Source: Candidatus Pelagibacterales bacterium (GTDB taxonomy: Bacteria; Pseudomonadota; Alphaproteobacteria; Pelagibacterales; AG-422-B15). Taken from it: DNA of 64,000 bases. Below are positions 19,779 to 28,079 of this stretch, piece by piece. Both the position numbers and the translations under genes were made by a program. Location: NCBI GenBank assembly GCA_045567365.1, contig JBJLDC010000015.1:20559-84558 (forward strand), read 5' to 3'. Within the stretch, counting starts at the first letter, position 1, and every line of letters begins with the position of its first letter. Below the pieces are notes generated by a model. The model did not search any database. It was given only the letters and a program-made list of their open reading frames with translations, and was not told the DNA's origin.

Positions 19779-19933
19779 TATTGGCAGGTCTCCTGACTTA
19801 CAGATCATCACCTAAACACGCCTTCCCAAGAATTCTCAGTGGCCTAAATTGTTTAAGCTCCTTGCTTACAGTTGCGGGAACAGTTACGGATTCAAACCGT
19901 ATTCCCTATTAATCACTTTTCAGTGAACCAATA
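19779..19933 (-). promoter_or_regulatory. Cobalamin (B12) riboswitch aptamer; expression platform continues to the RBS near 19640
   Basis: The minus strand reads TATTGG..AATAGGGAATACGGTTTGAATCCGTAACTGTTCCCGCAACTGTAA..GGCCACTGAGAATTCTTGGGAAGGC..AGTCAGGAGACCTGCCAATA. All conserved blocks are present, including the B12 box at 19798-19783 and a TATTGG/CCAATA closing helix. Confidence 0.88.
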
Positions 19934-19975
19934 TTGTTATAGTTATTTAAATAGACTAAAATTACAATATAAATA

Positions 19976-21484
19976 ATGAATATTTTTAGAGATCAAAAAT
20001 CTTTATCTTTTGACTTCAATGAAAAATTGATAGAAACAATCATCTCACCCTTTGGTTTCAGAGAATATGATGCTCGTTGGATTTATCCTGATGATGTAAA
20101 TAAAAAAGGATTAGAGGTTTTTGGCTTTAGTCTTGGTCAATATGTTTGCAAGAAAGTCAAAGTTGGTGCTTCTGTTGTAGTTGGACATGATTATCGCTCT
20201 TATTCAGAAGAAGTGAAATATCATGTTGTAAAAGGCTTACTTTCATCAGGTTGTAATATCATTGACATTGGGCTGTCTTTGTCTCCCATGGTCTACTTTG
20301 CCCAGCATCATTTAAATACTGATGCGCTGGCTATGATTACTGCGAGTCATAATGACAATGGTTGGACAGGAATTAAATGTGGAATTGAGAAATCACTTAC
20401 GTTTGGACCTGATGAAATGAAGGAAATTAAAGAATTAGCATTATCCAATAATAATTATCAAGCAAGTGAACAGGGAAAGTATGAATTTAGAAATGGGTTA
20501 AAAGAAAACTATCTAAATTACTTAATAAAAGATTTTAAATTAAAAAATAAACTTAAAATTGTTACTGCATGCGGCAATGGAACCGCTGGTGCTTTTGCTC
20601 CAGAAGTATTAAGGACAATAGGTTGTGATGTTATTGAACTTCACTGTGATTTAGACCACTCTTTTCCAAATTATAATCCTAATCCTGAAGATCTGGTTAT
20701 GTTGAGAGATTTGTCAGATTCTGTTCTTGAGCATAAAGCTGATGCTGGCTTTGGATTTGATGGAGACGGAGACCGACTGGGAGTAGTTGACAATCTAGGT
20801 GAAGAGATTTTCTCAGATAAGATAGGACTCCTCCTTGCACAAAATATTTCTAATGATCACCAAAACTCTACCTTTGTAGTCGATGTAAAATCAACGGGAT
20901 TATATTTTAATGATCCAGTTCTCAAAAAAAATAACTGTACTGTTGATATGTGGAAAACAGGACATTCACATATGAAAAGAAGGGTTAGAGAATTAAATTC
21001 AATTAGTGGATTTGAAAAAAGTGGTCACTTTTTTATCAATGAACCTCTTGGTTTAGGTTTTGATGATGGATTAATGTCCGCAATATTAATGGCCAAGCTC
21101 TTAGATGAAAAAAAAGATTCATCATTATCTGAAATAAAAGACTCATTACCAATAACATATCAATCTCCTACCATGGCTCCATATTGTGCGGATGATGAAA
21201 AGTATCAAGTGGTTGATGAAATGATTGATAAAATAGATTCTATGTTTCTCAATAACGAAAGTATTAATAACCAAAAAATAAAAAATATAGTTACGGTGAA
21301 TGGAATTAGATTTGAACTTGAAAATGGGTCTTGGGGATTGATACGGGCTTCATCAAACAAGCCTTCTTTAGTAATCGTTATAGAAAGTCTGAGGTCTAAC
21401 AATGAAGTAAAAGAAATTTTTGATTTCATCAATAGTCTTTTGGATACAACAGGAAAAGTTGGTGAATATGATCAATCTATTTAA
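19976..21484 (+). CDS. Phosphomannomutase/phosphoglucomutase (alpha-D-phosphohexomutase)
   Basis: 502 aa. Active-site loop ITASHNDNGWTGIK and Mg site FGFDGDGDRLGVVD. Confidence 0.9.
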   Translation: MNIFRDQKSLSFDFNEKLIETIISPFGFREYDARWIYPDDVNKKGLEVFGFSLGQYVCKKVKVGASVVVGHDYRSYSEEVKYHVVKGLLSSGCNIIDIGLSLSPMVYFAQHHLNTDALAMITASHNDNGWTGIKCGIEKSLTFGPDEMKEIKELALSNNNYQASEQGKYEFRNGLKENYLNYLIKDFKLKNKLKIVTACGNGTAGAFAPEVLRTIGCDVIELHCDLDHSFPNYNPNPEDLVMLRDLSDSVLEHKADAGFGFDGDGDRLGVVDNLGEEIFSDKIGLLLAQNISNDHQNSTFVVDVKSTGLYFNDPVLKKNNCTVDMWKTGHSHMKRRVRELNSISGFEKSGHFFINEPLGLGFDDGLMSAILMAKLLDEKKDSSLSEIKDSLPITYQSPTMAPYCADDEKYQVVDEMIDKIDSMFLNNESINNQKIKNIVTVNGIRFELENGSWGLIRASSNKPSLVIVIESLRSNNEVKEIFDFINSLLDTTGKVGEYDQSI

Positions 21485-22330
21485 TTATAGGCCGGCCCAC
21501 TCCATGAATAGCCGTATCGCCATTATAAAAATAAACACAGCAAATAATTTATTCAATTTTTCTTTAGATAAATAGTGAGCTAGTCTCACTCCAAGTGGGG
21601 CTGCCAACATTGTCATTGGAGTAAACATCGCAAGTCCCATAAAGTTAACATACCCAAGACTTAACGGCACACTTACTCCATTTAAAACTCCTGAAATGAT
21701 AAAGCCAATCGTTCCAGGAATGGCAATAAATGCTCCGATGCCTGATGCTGTACCGATTGCTTTATGAATTTCAAAACTGTGAAGTTTCAATAGAGGAACA
21801 CTTAGAGATCCCCCTCCAATACCAATTATAACAGAGAAAAATCCGATTGCTGAACCATACAGATGTTTCAAAATATTTTTTGGAAATTCAACTGCTATTC
21901 TCCATGCATCATTCCAGAAAAAGAACTGAAGTGAAACTAGTAAAAGTAAGCTTGAATAAATAAAGATAAGCGTTTTACCAGTTAGACTTGAAACTATAAA
22001 GGCACCAAGTATTACTCCTGCTATTACTGAATAAGATATGGTTTTCAATAAAAAAATATCTACAGATTTTCTTTTTGCATGACTTAAAGCTGAGACTATT
22101 GAAATTGGTATAATGTTTGCCAATGAAGTTCCAACAGCAAGATGCATTCTGATATTTTCATCTACTTCTGCCAGTGTAAAAATATAATATAACGTTGGGA
22201 CAACTACAACGCCTCCACCAACTCCAAATAAACCAGCAATGATACCAGTAAAAATTCCAGCAGAAATTAATAGGATTAATAAAAGATAAAGGCTTTCAGG
22301 AGGAACGTTACTAAGAATGGTGGAGAACAA
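21485..22330 (-). CDS. TauE/SafE-family (DUF81) anion/sulfite exporter homolog
   Basis: 281 aa polytopic protein with duplicated glycine motifs GLFGVGGGVVVVP and GIGGGSLSVP. Confidence 0.8.
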   Translation of the reverse strand: MFSTILSNVPPESLYLLLILLISAGIFTGIIAGLFGVGGGVVVVPTLYYIFTLAEVDENIRMHLAVGTSLANIIPISIVSALSHAKRKSVDIFLLKTISYSVIAGVILGAFIVSSLTGKTLIFIYSSLLLLVSLQFFFWNDAWRIAVEFPKNILKHLYGSAIGFFSVIIGIGGGSLSVPLLKLHSFEIHKAIGTASGIGAFIAIPGTIGFIISGVLNGVSVPLSLGYVNFMGLAMFTPMTMLAAPLGVRLAHYLSKEKLNKLFAVFIFIMAIRLFMEWAGL

Positions 22331-22341
22331 AAAATTATTTG

Positions 22342-23601
22342 TTAGTTTTTACCAGATGGAAGATCTTTGAAAGCTACTTTCTTGTCCATTCTCTCATCTT
22401 GGGGTAAACCTAAGACTCGTTCAGCGATGATATTTCGAAGGACTTCATCAGTTCCTCCAGCAATTCTTAACGCTGTTGAGAAGAAAAGGCCATTTTGAAA
22501 TAAGTTGTTCATTACAGGATTTTTATCATCGAGCACATAACCATTCATATCCATTAAATCAAGTGCATATGATGAAACGTCTTGCATTTTAGAGGCTGTA
22601 ACTAATTTACTTATAGAAAGTTCTGGCCCTGGAGTTTGTCCTTTTGATAAGGCCGTAATGCTTCTATATTTTGTATATTGAAGTCCTCGAGATTGAACAT
22701 ACCAATCAGCAATCTTTTGTCTTACCTCAGAGTTCTTTATTGCTGGTCCATCTTCAACCTCAACTTCTTTTGTTAGGTCAAATATTTGATCAAAATCAAG
22801 GCCTGGAGGATCGCCAACTGCTAATCTCTCATTCATCAGTGTTGTAAGTGAAACTTTCCAACCATCACCTTCTTCTCCAAGGCGTTGAGTATCTGGAACC
22901 CGAACATTATTGAAAAATACTTCATTAAAATTAGCTGAGCCTGAAATTTGTTTTATGGGCCTTACTTCTATACCAGGAGTTTTCATATCTAGATAAAAAT
23001 AAGTTAAACCTTTATGTTTTACGGCGCTTGGATCAGATCGAGCAACGATCATTCCGTAGTCAGCAAAATGAGCTCCTGATGTCCAAACTTTTTGACCATT
23101 AAGTATCCAATCTGAACCATCTTTTTCAGCCTTCATACGAATACCGGCTAAATCAGATCCTGCTGAAGGCTCAGAAAATAATTGGCACCAAATTTCTTCT
23201 CCATCTAACATTTTAGGAAGATATCTTTTTTTGTCTTCATCCTTGCCCCAAACCATCATAGTTGGTCCTAGCATACCAATTCCAATTTCAAAATAACCCG
23301 AATGAACAAAATAGCTATGTTCTTCTTGTTGATAAATTACTTGCTCTATTGGAGTGCCACCATATCCACCGAATTCTTTTGGCCATAAAATTGCAGCTAA
23401 TCCAGCTTCAGCTTTTTTCTTTTGCCATTCTTTTGCTTTTTTTAATGCTTCTTTTGCCGCATCTTCTCCACTAACTGTTTCAGGTGCTCCAGCTGAACTA
23501 CCAGTTAAGCTAACATCACTACGTTTTTGGGCATTCTTATCTAAAAACTCTCGAACCTGAGATCTAAATTCTGCTTCTTTAGGGTTGTCGTTAAAATCCA
23601 T
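22342..23601 (-). CDS. Acyl-CoA dehydrogenase
   Basis: 419 aa. WCQLFSEPSAGSDLAGI and C-terminal RIAGGTDEVLRNIIAERVLGLP. Glu-Arg in LMNERLAV falls at the IVD-type base position by eye. Confidence 0.88.
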   Translation of the reverse strand: MDFNDNPKEAEFRSQVREFLDKNAQKRSDVSLTGSSAGAPETVSGEDAAKEALKKAKEWQKKKAEAGLAAILWPKEFGGYGGTPIEQVIYQQEEHSYFVHSGYFEIGIGMLGPTMMVWGKDEDKKRYLPKMLDGEEIWCQLFSEPSAGSDLAGIRMKAEKDGSDWILNGQKVWTSGAHFADYGMIVARSDPSAVKHKGLTYFYLDMKTPGIEVRPIKQISGSANFNEVFFNNVRVPDTQRLGEEGDGWKVSLTTLMNERLAVGDPPGLDFDQIFDLTKEVEVEDGPAIKNSEVRQKIADWYVQSRGLQYTKYRSITALSKGQTPGPELSISKLVTASKMQDVSSYALDLMDMNGYVLDDKNPVMNNLFQNGLFFSTALRIAGGTDEVLRNIIAERVLGLPQDERMDKKVAFKDLPSGKN

Positions 23602-23603
23602 AA

Positions 23604-24734
23604 TTACACTATATTTCTTTTTTCAAGATTTGAAATCAAATTTTCTTTCCACTGGCGAACACTTCCAATATTTAAAGCAAGCTGTTTTGCCCTTCTATAA
23701 AATAAATGACAATCATACTCCCACGTAAAGCCAACTCCACCATGTATTTGAATATTTTCTTTTGATGCATAGTGATAAGCATCAATTGCGCTAACTCTTG
23801 CTCCAGCTGCTGCCACCGGCAACTCATTAGAATCTGAACTTAATGCCCACGCACCATAATATGCATTTGACTTTGCTAATTCAATTTTGACATACATATC
23901 GGCCATTTTGTGCTTGAGTGCTTGAAATGCACCAATTTGTTTTCCAAATGCATATCTTTCCAAAGAATATTTTTTTGCCTCATCAAGAGCAACTTGAGCT
24001 CCACCTACCTGCTCAAACGCGAATAGTACTGCAGCTCGATCAAATATCTTTTGAATCATTTCCCATCCCTCACCTGAATTACCAAGTAATTCCGCATCAG
24101 CATTATCCAAAACTATCTTTGATGACGGGCGAGACGGGTCAATTGTTTCTAAGCTCTCTGATTTAACTCCATCTTGGTTTGATTTTACTATGACTAAAGA
24201 AAGAGAATTATTATTTTTATTAGAGTCAGTATTCGCTGCAACTATAATAAAATCTGATACATGACCATCATTCACAGGTAATTTTTGACCATTTAATTTA
24301 CCATCTGTAAAAGTAGAATTTATGTTATGTGATTTTGGAGTTCCATTACCCTCTGATAGTGCGAAAGTACCAATCATCTCTCCCGAGGCAATTTTTGGAA
24401 GATAAGATTTCTTTTGATCTTCAGTGCCAAACAGCTTTACAAATTCTGCAAATAAATAAATTGAAGATGAAAATGGCGTAGGAGCAAGAGAGCGGCCAAG
24501 TTCCTCAGCAATTACACAGAGCTCTAACATGCCAAGTCCTAGTCCACCATATTCTTCTGGTATCGCAGTTCCAGTCCAACCCATAGAAGAAATTTCCTTC
24601 CATAGATCATCTGAGTGATTTTTATGATTATCTTCTAACACTGACCTAACAACAGTGCGATCACACTTGTCTGTTAGAAATTTTCTAGCTTGATCACGTA
24701 GTAACTTTTGATCATCTGAAAAGTCGAAGTTCAT
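23604..24734 (-). CDS. Acyl-CoA dehydrogenase family protein (apparently base-less partner subunit)
   Basis: 376 aa. IHGGVGFTWEYDCHLFYRRAK block, and no Glu at either known base position by eye (FDRAAVLF; LALNIGSVRQW). Confidence 0.8.
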   Translation of the reverse strand: MNFDFSDDQKLLRDQARKFLTDKCDRTVVRSVLEDNHKNHSDDLWKEISSMGWTGTAIPEEYGGLGLGMLELCVIAEELGRSLAPTPFSSSIYLFAEFVKLFGTEDQKKSYLPKIASGEMIGTFALSEGNGTPKSHNINSTFTDGKLNGQKLPVNDGHVSDFIIVAANTDSNKNNNSLSLVIVKSNQDGVKSESLETIDPSRPSSKIVLDNADAELLGNSGEGWEMIQKIFDRAAVLFAFEQVGGAQVALDEAKKYSLERYAFGKQIGAFQALKHKMADMYVKIELAKSNAYYGAWALSSDSNELPVAAAGARVSAIDAYHYASKENIQIHGGVGFTWEYDCHLFYRRAKQLALNIGSVRQWKENLISNLEKRNIV

Positions 24735-24743
24735 GAATTTGAT

Positions 24744-25361
24744 TTATGATTTATTTTCTATTTCTTCTTCAGGGGAAACTGAAGTCTCTTCTGTTTCTGA
24801 GTTTGAAGACATTTCATCAGCTGTTTCACTAGATAAATTTTCTTCAGCTGCAATTGATTGTTCTGTACTTAATTCATTTTGAATTGCTTCCATGATTGCA
24901 TCAGAGTCAATTACACTGTCTTCAGATGGAGATGAGTTTTGATTTTCATTAGAGAACGTCTCGTCTTGAATATTATTTTCCTGAATGGGTGAAGGTCTAG
25001 CATCAATTCGAGGTGTTCTTGAAGTGAATTTTCTTGTAGCAGTTTTTTCCATCTCAGATTTCGATAATCCACCTTGATACATTTGTCTGAACGTATCATC
25101 CTCAATCACCTCATTTTCATCTTCTTCTTGATAGTCAGCAACTTGTCTTAATTTGTTTACAATACTGTCATGAAGTTCGTCTTTTGTAATTTTTGATTCA
25201 CCTATTTCTCTCAGTGCTATGACAGGTTTTTTATCATTTTCTGGGTCTACAGCTGGAGCAGCACCTCTACCTAATTGAACAGCTCTTTCTTTAGCTAAAA
25301 TAACAAGTTCATACTGGTTGGTGACTTGTTTTATACAATCTTCTACTGTAATACGTGCCAT
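24744..25361 (-). CDS. rpoZ: DNA-directed RNA polymerase subunit omega with a long acidic C-terminal extension
   Basis: 205 aa. MARITVEDCIKQVTNQYELVILAKERAVQLGRGA is the omega core. Residues from about 75 onward are D/E/S-rich low complexity. Confidence 0.88.
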   Translation of the reverse strand: MARITVEDCIKQVTNQYELVILAKERAVQLGRGAAPAVDPENDKKPVIALREIGESKITKDELHDSIVNKLRQVADYQEEDENEVIEDDTFRQMYQGGLSKSEMEKTATRKFTSRTPRIDARPSPIQENNIQDETFSNENQNSSPSEDSVIDSDAIMEAIQNELSTEQSIAAEENLSSETADEMSSNSETEETSVSPEEEIENKS

Positions 25362-25460
25362 AAAGTTTTTTGAAATTGAATTTGTGTTTTATTGAAATAT
25401 TTGAATAAATCAAGCTGAATAATTATAAATCAGATCAAAGTAAGAATAAGATAACAATTT

Positions 25461-25658
25461 ATGCCTGAGAATCCTAAGAAAATTAAAAGTCCATGTGTCA
25501 AAATCTGCAAATATGATGATTCATTTATGAATGGAATGGTTTGCATCGGATGTTTCAGAGAGCAGTATGAAATTACGAATTGGCTTAGCATGACTGAAAA
25601 AGAGCGAGATCTGGCATATATTGATATTAGAAGTAGAAAAAGGAAATACAAAAAATGA
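25461..25658 (+). CDS. DUF1289-family small Cys-rich protein
   Basis: 65 aa. SPCVKICKYD...MVCIGCFREQYEITNW matches the DUF1289 four-Cys pattern. Confidence 0.65.
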   Translation: MPENPKKIKSPCVKICKYDDSFMNGMVCIGCFREQYEITNWLSMTEKERDLAYIDIRSRKRKYKK

Positions 25659-26086
25659 TTAAAGATATTTCATGGACATGTAATAATACTTGGAAGCGAA
25701 GCTCTTACAATACAATGTGGTGCCTTATTGGCTGCAGTATTGGGGACTTTGGTACAATACTTTTCTTTCAATATTCATCATTTAGTTTGCCAACATTAGC
25801 TATTATGACTTTGGCAATTATTAATGGAATAATTACAAGCATCATTCTAGAAACTATAATTCTATCTAATCAAATGAAGCTTAGAGATGCATTCAATACG
25901 GCAGTTGGAATGAGTCTAATATCGATGCTAATGATGGAAATATCAATGAATACTCTTGACTGGATTGTGATGGGTGGAGCTAAGCTAAATTTAACTATAA
26001 TTCCATTAATGCTTTTTGTAGGCTTTATTACTCCTCTTCCATACAACTATTGGCGCCTAAAGAAGTATGGTAAGGATTGTCATTAA
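25655..26086 (+). CDS. DUF4396-family membrane protein
   Basis: 143 aa, 4 hydrophobic segments. WCLIGCSIGDFGT motif. The start overlaps the DUF1289 stop (ATGA). Confidence 0.55.
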   Translation: MIKDISWTCNNTWKRSSYNTMWCLIGCSIGDFGTILFFQYSSFSLPTLAIMTLAIINGIITSIILETIILSNQMKLRDAFNTAVGMSLISMLMMEISMNTLDWIVMGGAKLNLTIIPLMLFVGFITPLPYNYWRLKKYGKDCH

Positions 26087-26089
26087 TAA

Positions 26090-26953
26090 ATGATAAATAA
26101 AATTCTAAACATGGAGAATGGCAAAGTTAATTCCTATGTAATAAATGAGAGTGAAAAATCACCTGAAATTTATTTTTCTCATGCAAATGGATTTAATGCT
26201 CTGACATACTCCTCTTTGCTGAAAAAGATTAAAAAAAATTATCAAATAACTTCATATGATATGAGAGGCCATGGAGAAACCACGTTACTCGCAGATCATA
26301 ATCAAATGAGATCTTGGTTAATCTACAAAGATGATCTTGAGCAAATATTAGATATCAAAAAAACACCCTCAGTTCTTATTGGACATTCTATGGGCGGTAC
26401 AGCAAGTTTACTACTTTCTTACGCAAGGCCTGATCTAGTATCTCAATTAATTTTAATTGACCCAGTGATCCTCTCTTATTCATACAGGATAATATATAAA
26501 TTCTTACAAAAGGCTGGGCTCATGAAGATTCATCCCATGGTCAGAGGTGCTCTTATGAGACGCAATACATGGAAAAATCAAAATGAAGCTGTAGAATATT
26601 TTGAGAGAAAAAAACTTTTTAGAAATATATCAAAAAATATCATCGAGGACTATGTCACAGATGGGTTAAAGAAAAATATCCATCAAAAATATGAGCTGAG
26701 CTGTCATCCAGAATGGGAAGCCGCTAACTTTAGATTATCGCCTGATGAAATTGGTTTTAATTTAAAAAAAAGCAATATTCCAATAAAGCTTATACTTCCT
26801 CCAAATAGTTATGTTTGCAATAAAGAATCTCAAAGAAAACTTGAACGCTTGATGCCAAATATAGAAATTGTTAATATTAAAAATACATCGCATATGCTTC
26901 CACTTGAAAATTTTGAAGCTGTAAGTGATGAAATTAACAAATTTCTCATATAA
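26090..26953 (+). CDS. Alpha/beta-fold hydrolase
   Basis: 287 aa. HANGFNA oxyanion region, nucleophile elbow GHSMGG, and C-terminal TSHMLPLE His. Confidence 0.8.
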   Translation: MINKILNMENGKVNSYVINESEKSPEIYFSHANGFNALTYSSLLKKIKKNYQITSYDMRGHGETTLLADHNQMRSWLIYKDDLEQILDIKKTPSVLIGHSMGGTASLLLSYARPDLVSQLILIDPVILSYSYRIIYKFLQKAGLMKIHPMVRGALMRRNTWKNQNEAVEYFERKKLFRNISKNIIEDYVTDGLKKNIHQKYELSCHPEWEAANFRLSPDEIGFNLKKSNIPIKLILPPNSYVCNKESQRKLERLMPNIEIVNIKNTSHMLPLENFEAVSDEINKFLI

Positions 26954-26996
26954 TTATTATCTACAAAATAAAGTTCAAATAAGCTATTCTAAATTT

Positions 26997-28079
26997 ATGA
27001 ATGATTTTCTAAATATTGTTATTTCTGTTTGGAATAATGGTGCTTTTGGTATCAATTTTAGCAACATCGTTATAGGTCTTTTGATCTTATTTGTATTTGT
27101 TTTTTTTAGATCAATCTTTACCAGCTTAGTAATGAGTAGATTAAGAGCCGTTGTGAAAAAATCATCTAATCAAATTGATGATGAAGTGTTAGATGCATTT
27201 AAAGAACCAATTAAGTTCATACCTATTGTTGTTGGTGTTTATATTGCATCTACCTACATTGATCTAAATGAAACTTTACAAATATTTGCTGATAACCTTA
27301 ATCGATCATTGATAACAATTCTTATATTTTGGCTACTGTACAAATTAATTGATCCTTTATCCTATTTTGCACACAAATTTACTGACGTGCTTACTAGCGA
27401 CCTTGTTGACTGGGGAATAAGAATTTTAAAATTTGCAATTTTTTTCATTGGTGCGGCAGCTGTGTTAGAACTTTGGGGCATTAAGGTTGGACCAATCTTA
27501 GCTGGATTAGGACTTCTCAGCGTAGCAATTGCTCTTGGTGCTCAAGATTTATTTAAAAATCTAATTTCAGGAATTTTAATTCTTTTAGAAAAAAGATTTA
27601 AAAATGGAGACTGGATTAAAGTTGAGAATATTGTTGAGGGTACAGTTGAAAATATTGGCTTCAGATCAACAGTTGTTCGTCAATTTGACTCCTCTCCTGT
27701 GATGGTTCCTAATTTTAACTTTGCAGAAAATGCTGTTACTAATTTTTCAAATATGCAAAACAGACGGATTTATTGGACTATAGGGCTAGAGTACAAAACA
27801 AATTTAGATCAACTAAGAAAAATTAGAGACGAAATTGAAGATTATCTGAAAGAAAGCGGAAGCTTTGTATCAGAATCTGAACAGGCTACATTTGTCCGTA
27901 TAGATAAATTTTCAGATAGCTCAATTGATATCTTAGTTTATTGTTTTGCAAAAACTAAAGTTTGGGGTGAGTGGCTGAAAGTTAAAGAGGAACTTGCATA
28001 TCAAATTAAAAATATTGTTGAAAATAACAATGCTGGCTTTGCATTTCCATCTCAAACAATTTACTACGAAAATATTTAG
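26997..28079 (+). CDS. Small-conductance mechanosensitive channel (MscS family)
   Basis: TM segments followed by the MscS beta-domain (GDWIKVENIVEGTVENIGFRSTVVRQFD). The ATG at 26997 is preferred. The track start at 26925 (GTG) or the ATG at 26928 would overlap the preceding gene by 26-29 nt. Confidence 0.85.
   Translation: MNDFLNIVISVWNNGAFGINFSNIVIGLLILFVFVFFRSIFTSLVMSRLRAVVKKSSNQIDDEVLDAFKEPIKFIPIVVGVYIASTYIDLNETLQIFADNLNRSLITILIFWLLYKLIDPLSYFAHKFTDVLTSDLVDWGIRILKFAIFFIGAAAVLELWGIKVGPILAGLGLLSVAIALGAQDLFKNLISGILILLEKRFKNGDWIKVENIVEGTVENIGFRSTVVRQFDSSPVMVPNFNFAENAVTNFSNMQNRRIYWTIGLEYKTNLDQLRKIRDEIEDYLKESGSFVSESEQATFVRIDKFSDSSIDILVYCFAKTKVWGEWLKVKEELAYQIKNIVENNNAGFAFPSQTIYYENI

Noticed and set aside
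21490-21497. A GGCCGGCC palindrome exactly at the zero-gap junction of the convergent phosphomannomutase and TauE genes, a possible terminator core.
   Set aside because: An 8-bp self-complementary site has no loop and lies inside the TauE coding sequence (encoding the C-terminal ...WAGL). It is not a hairpin terminator.
25430-25651. A 73-aa minus-strand ORF overlapping the DUF1289 gene.
   Set aside because: The plus-strand frame carries the conserved DUF1289 Cys pattern and is translationally coupled to the next gene. The minus-strand frame is hydrophobic low complexity with no support.
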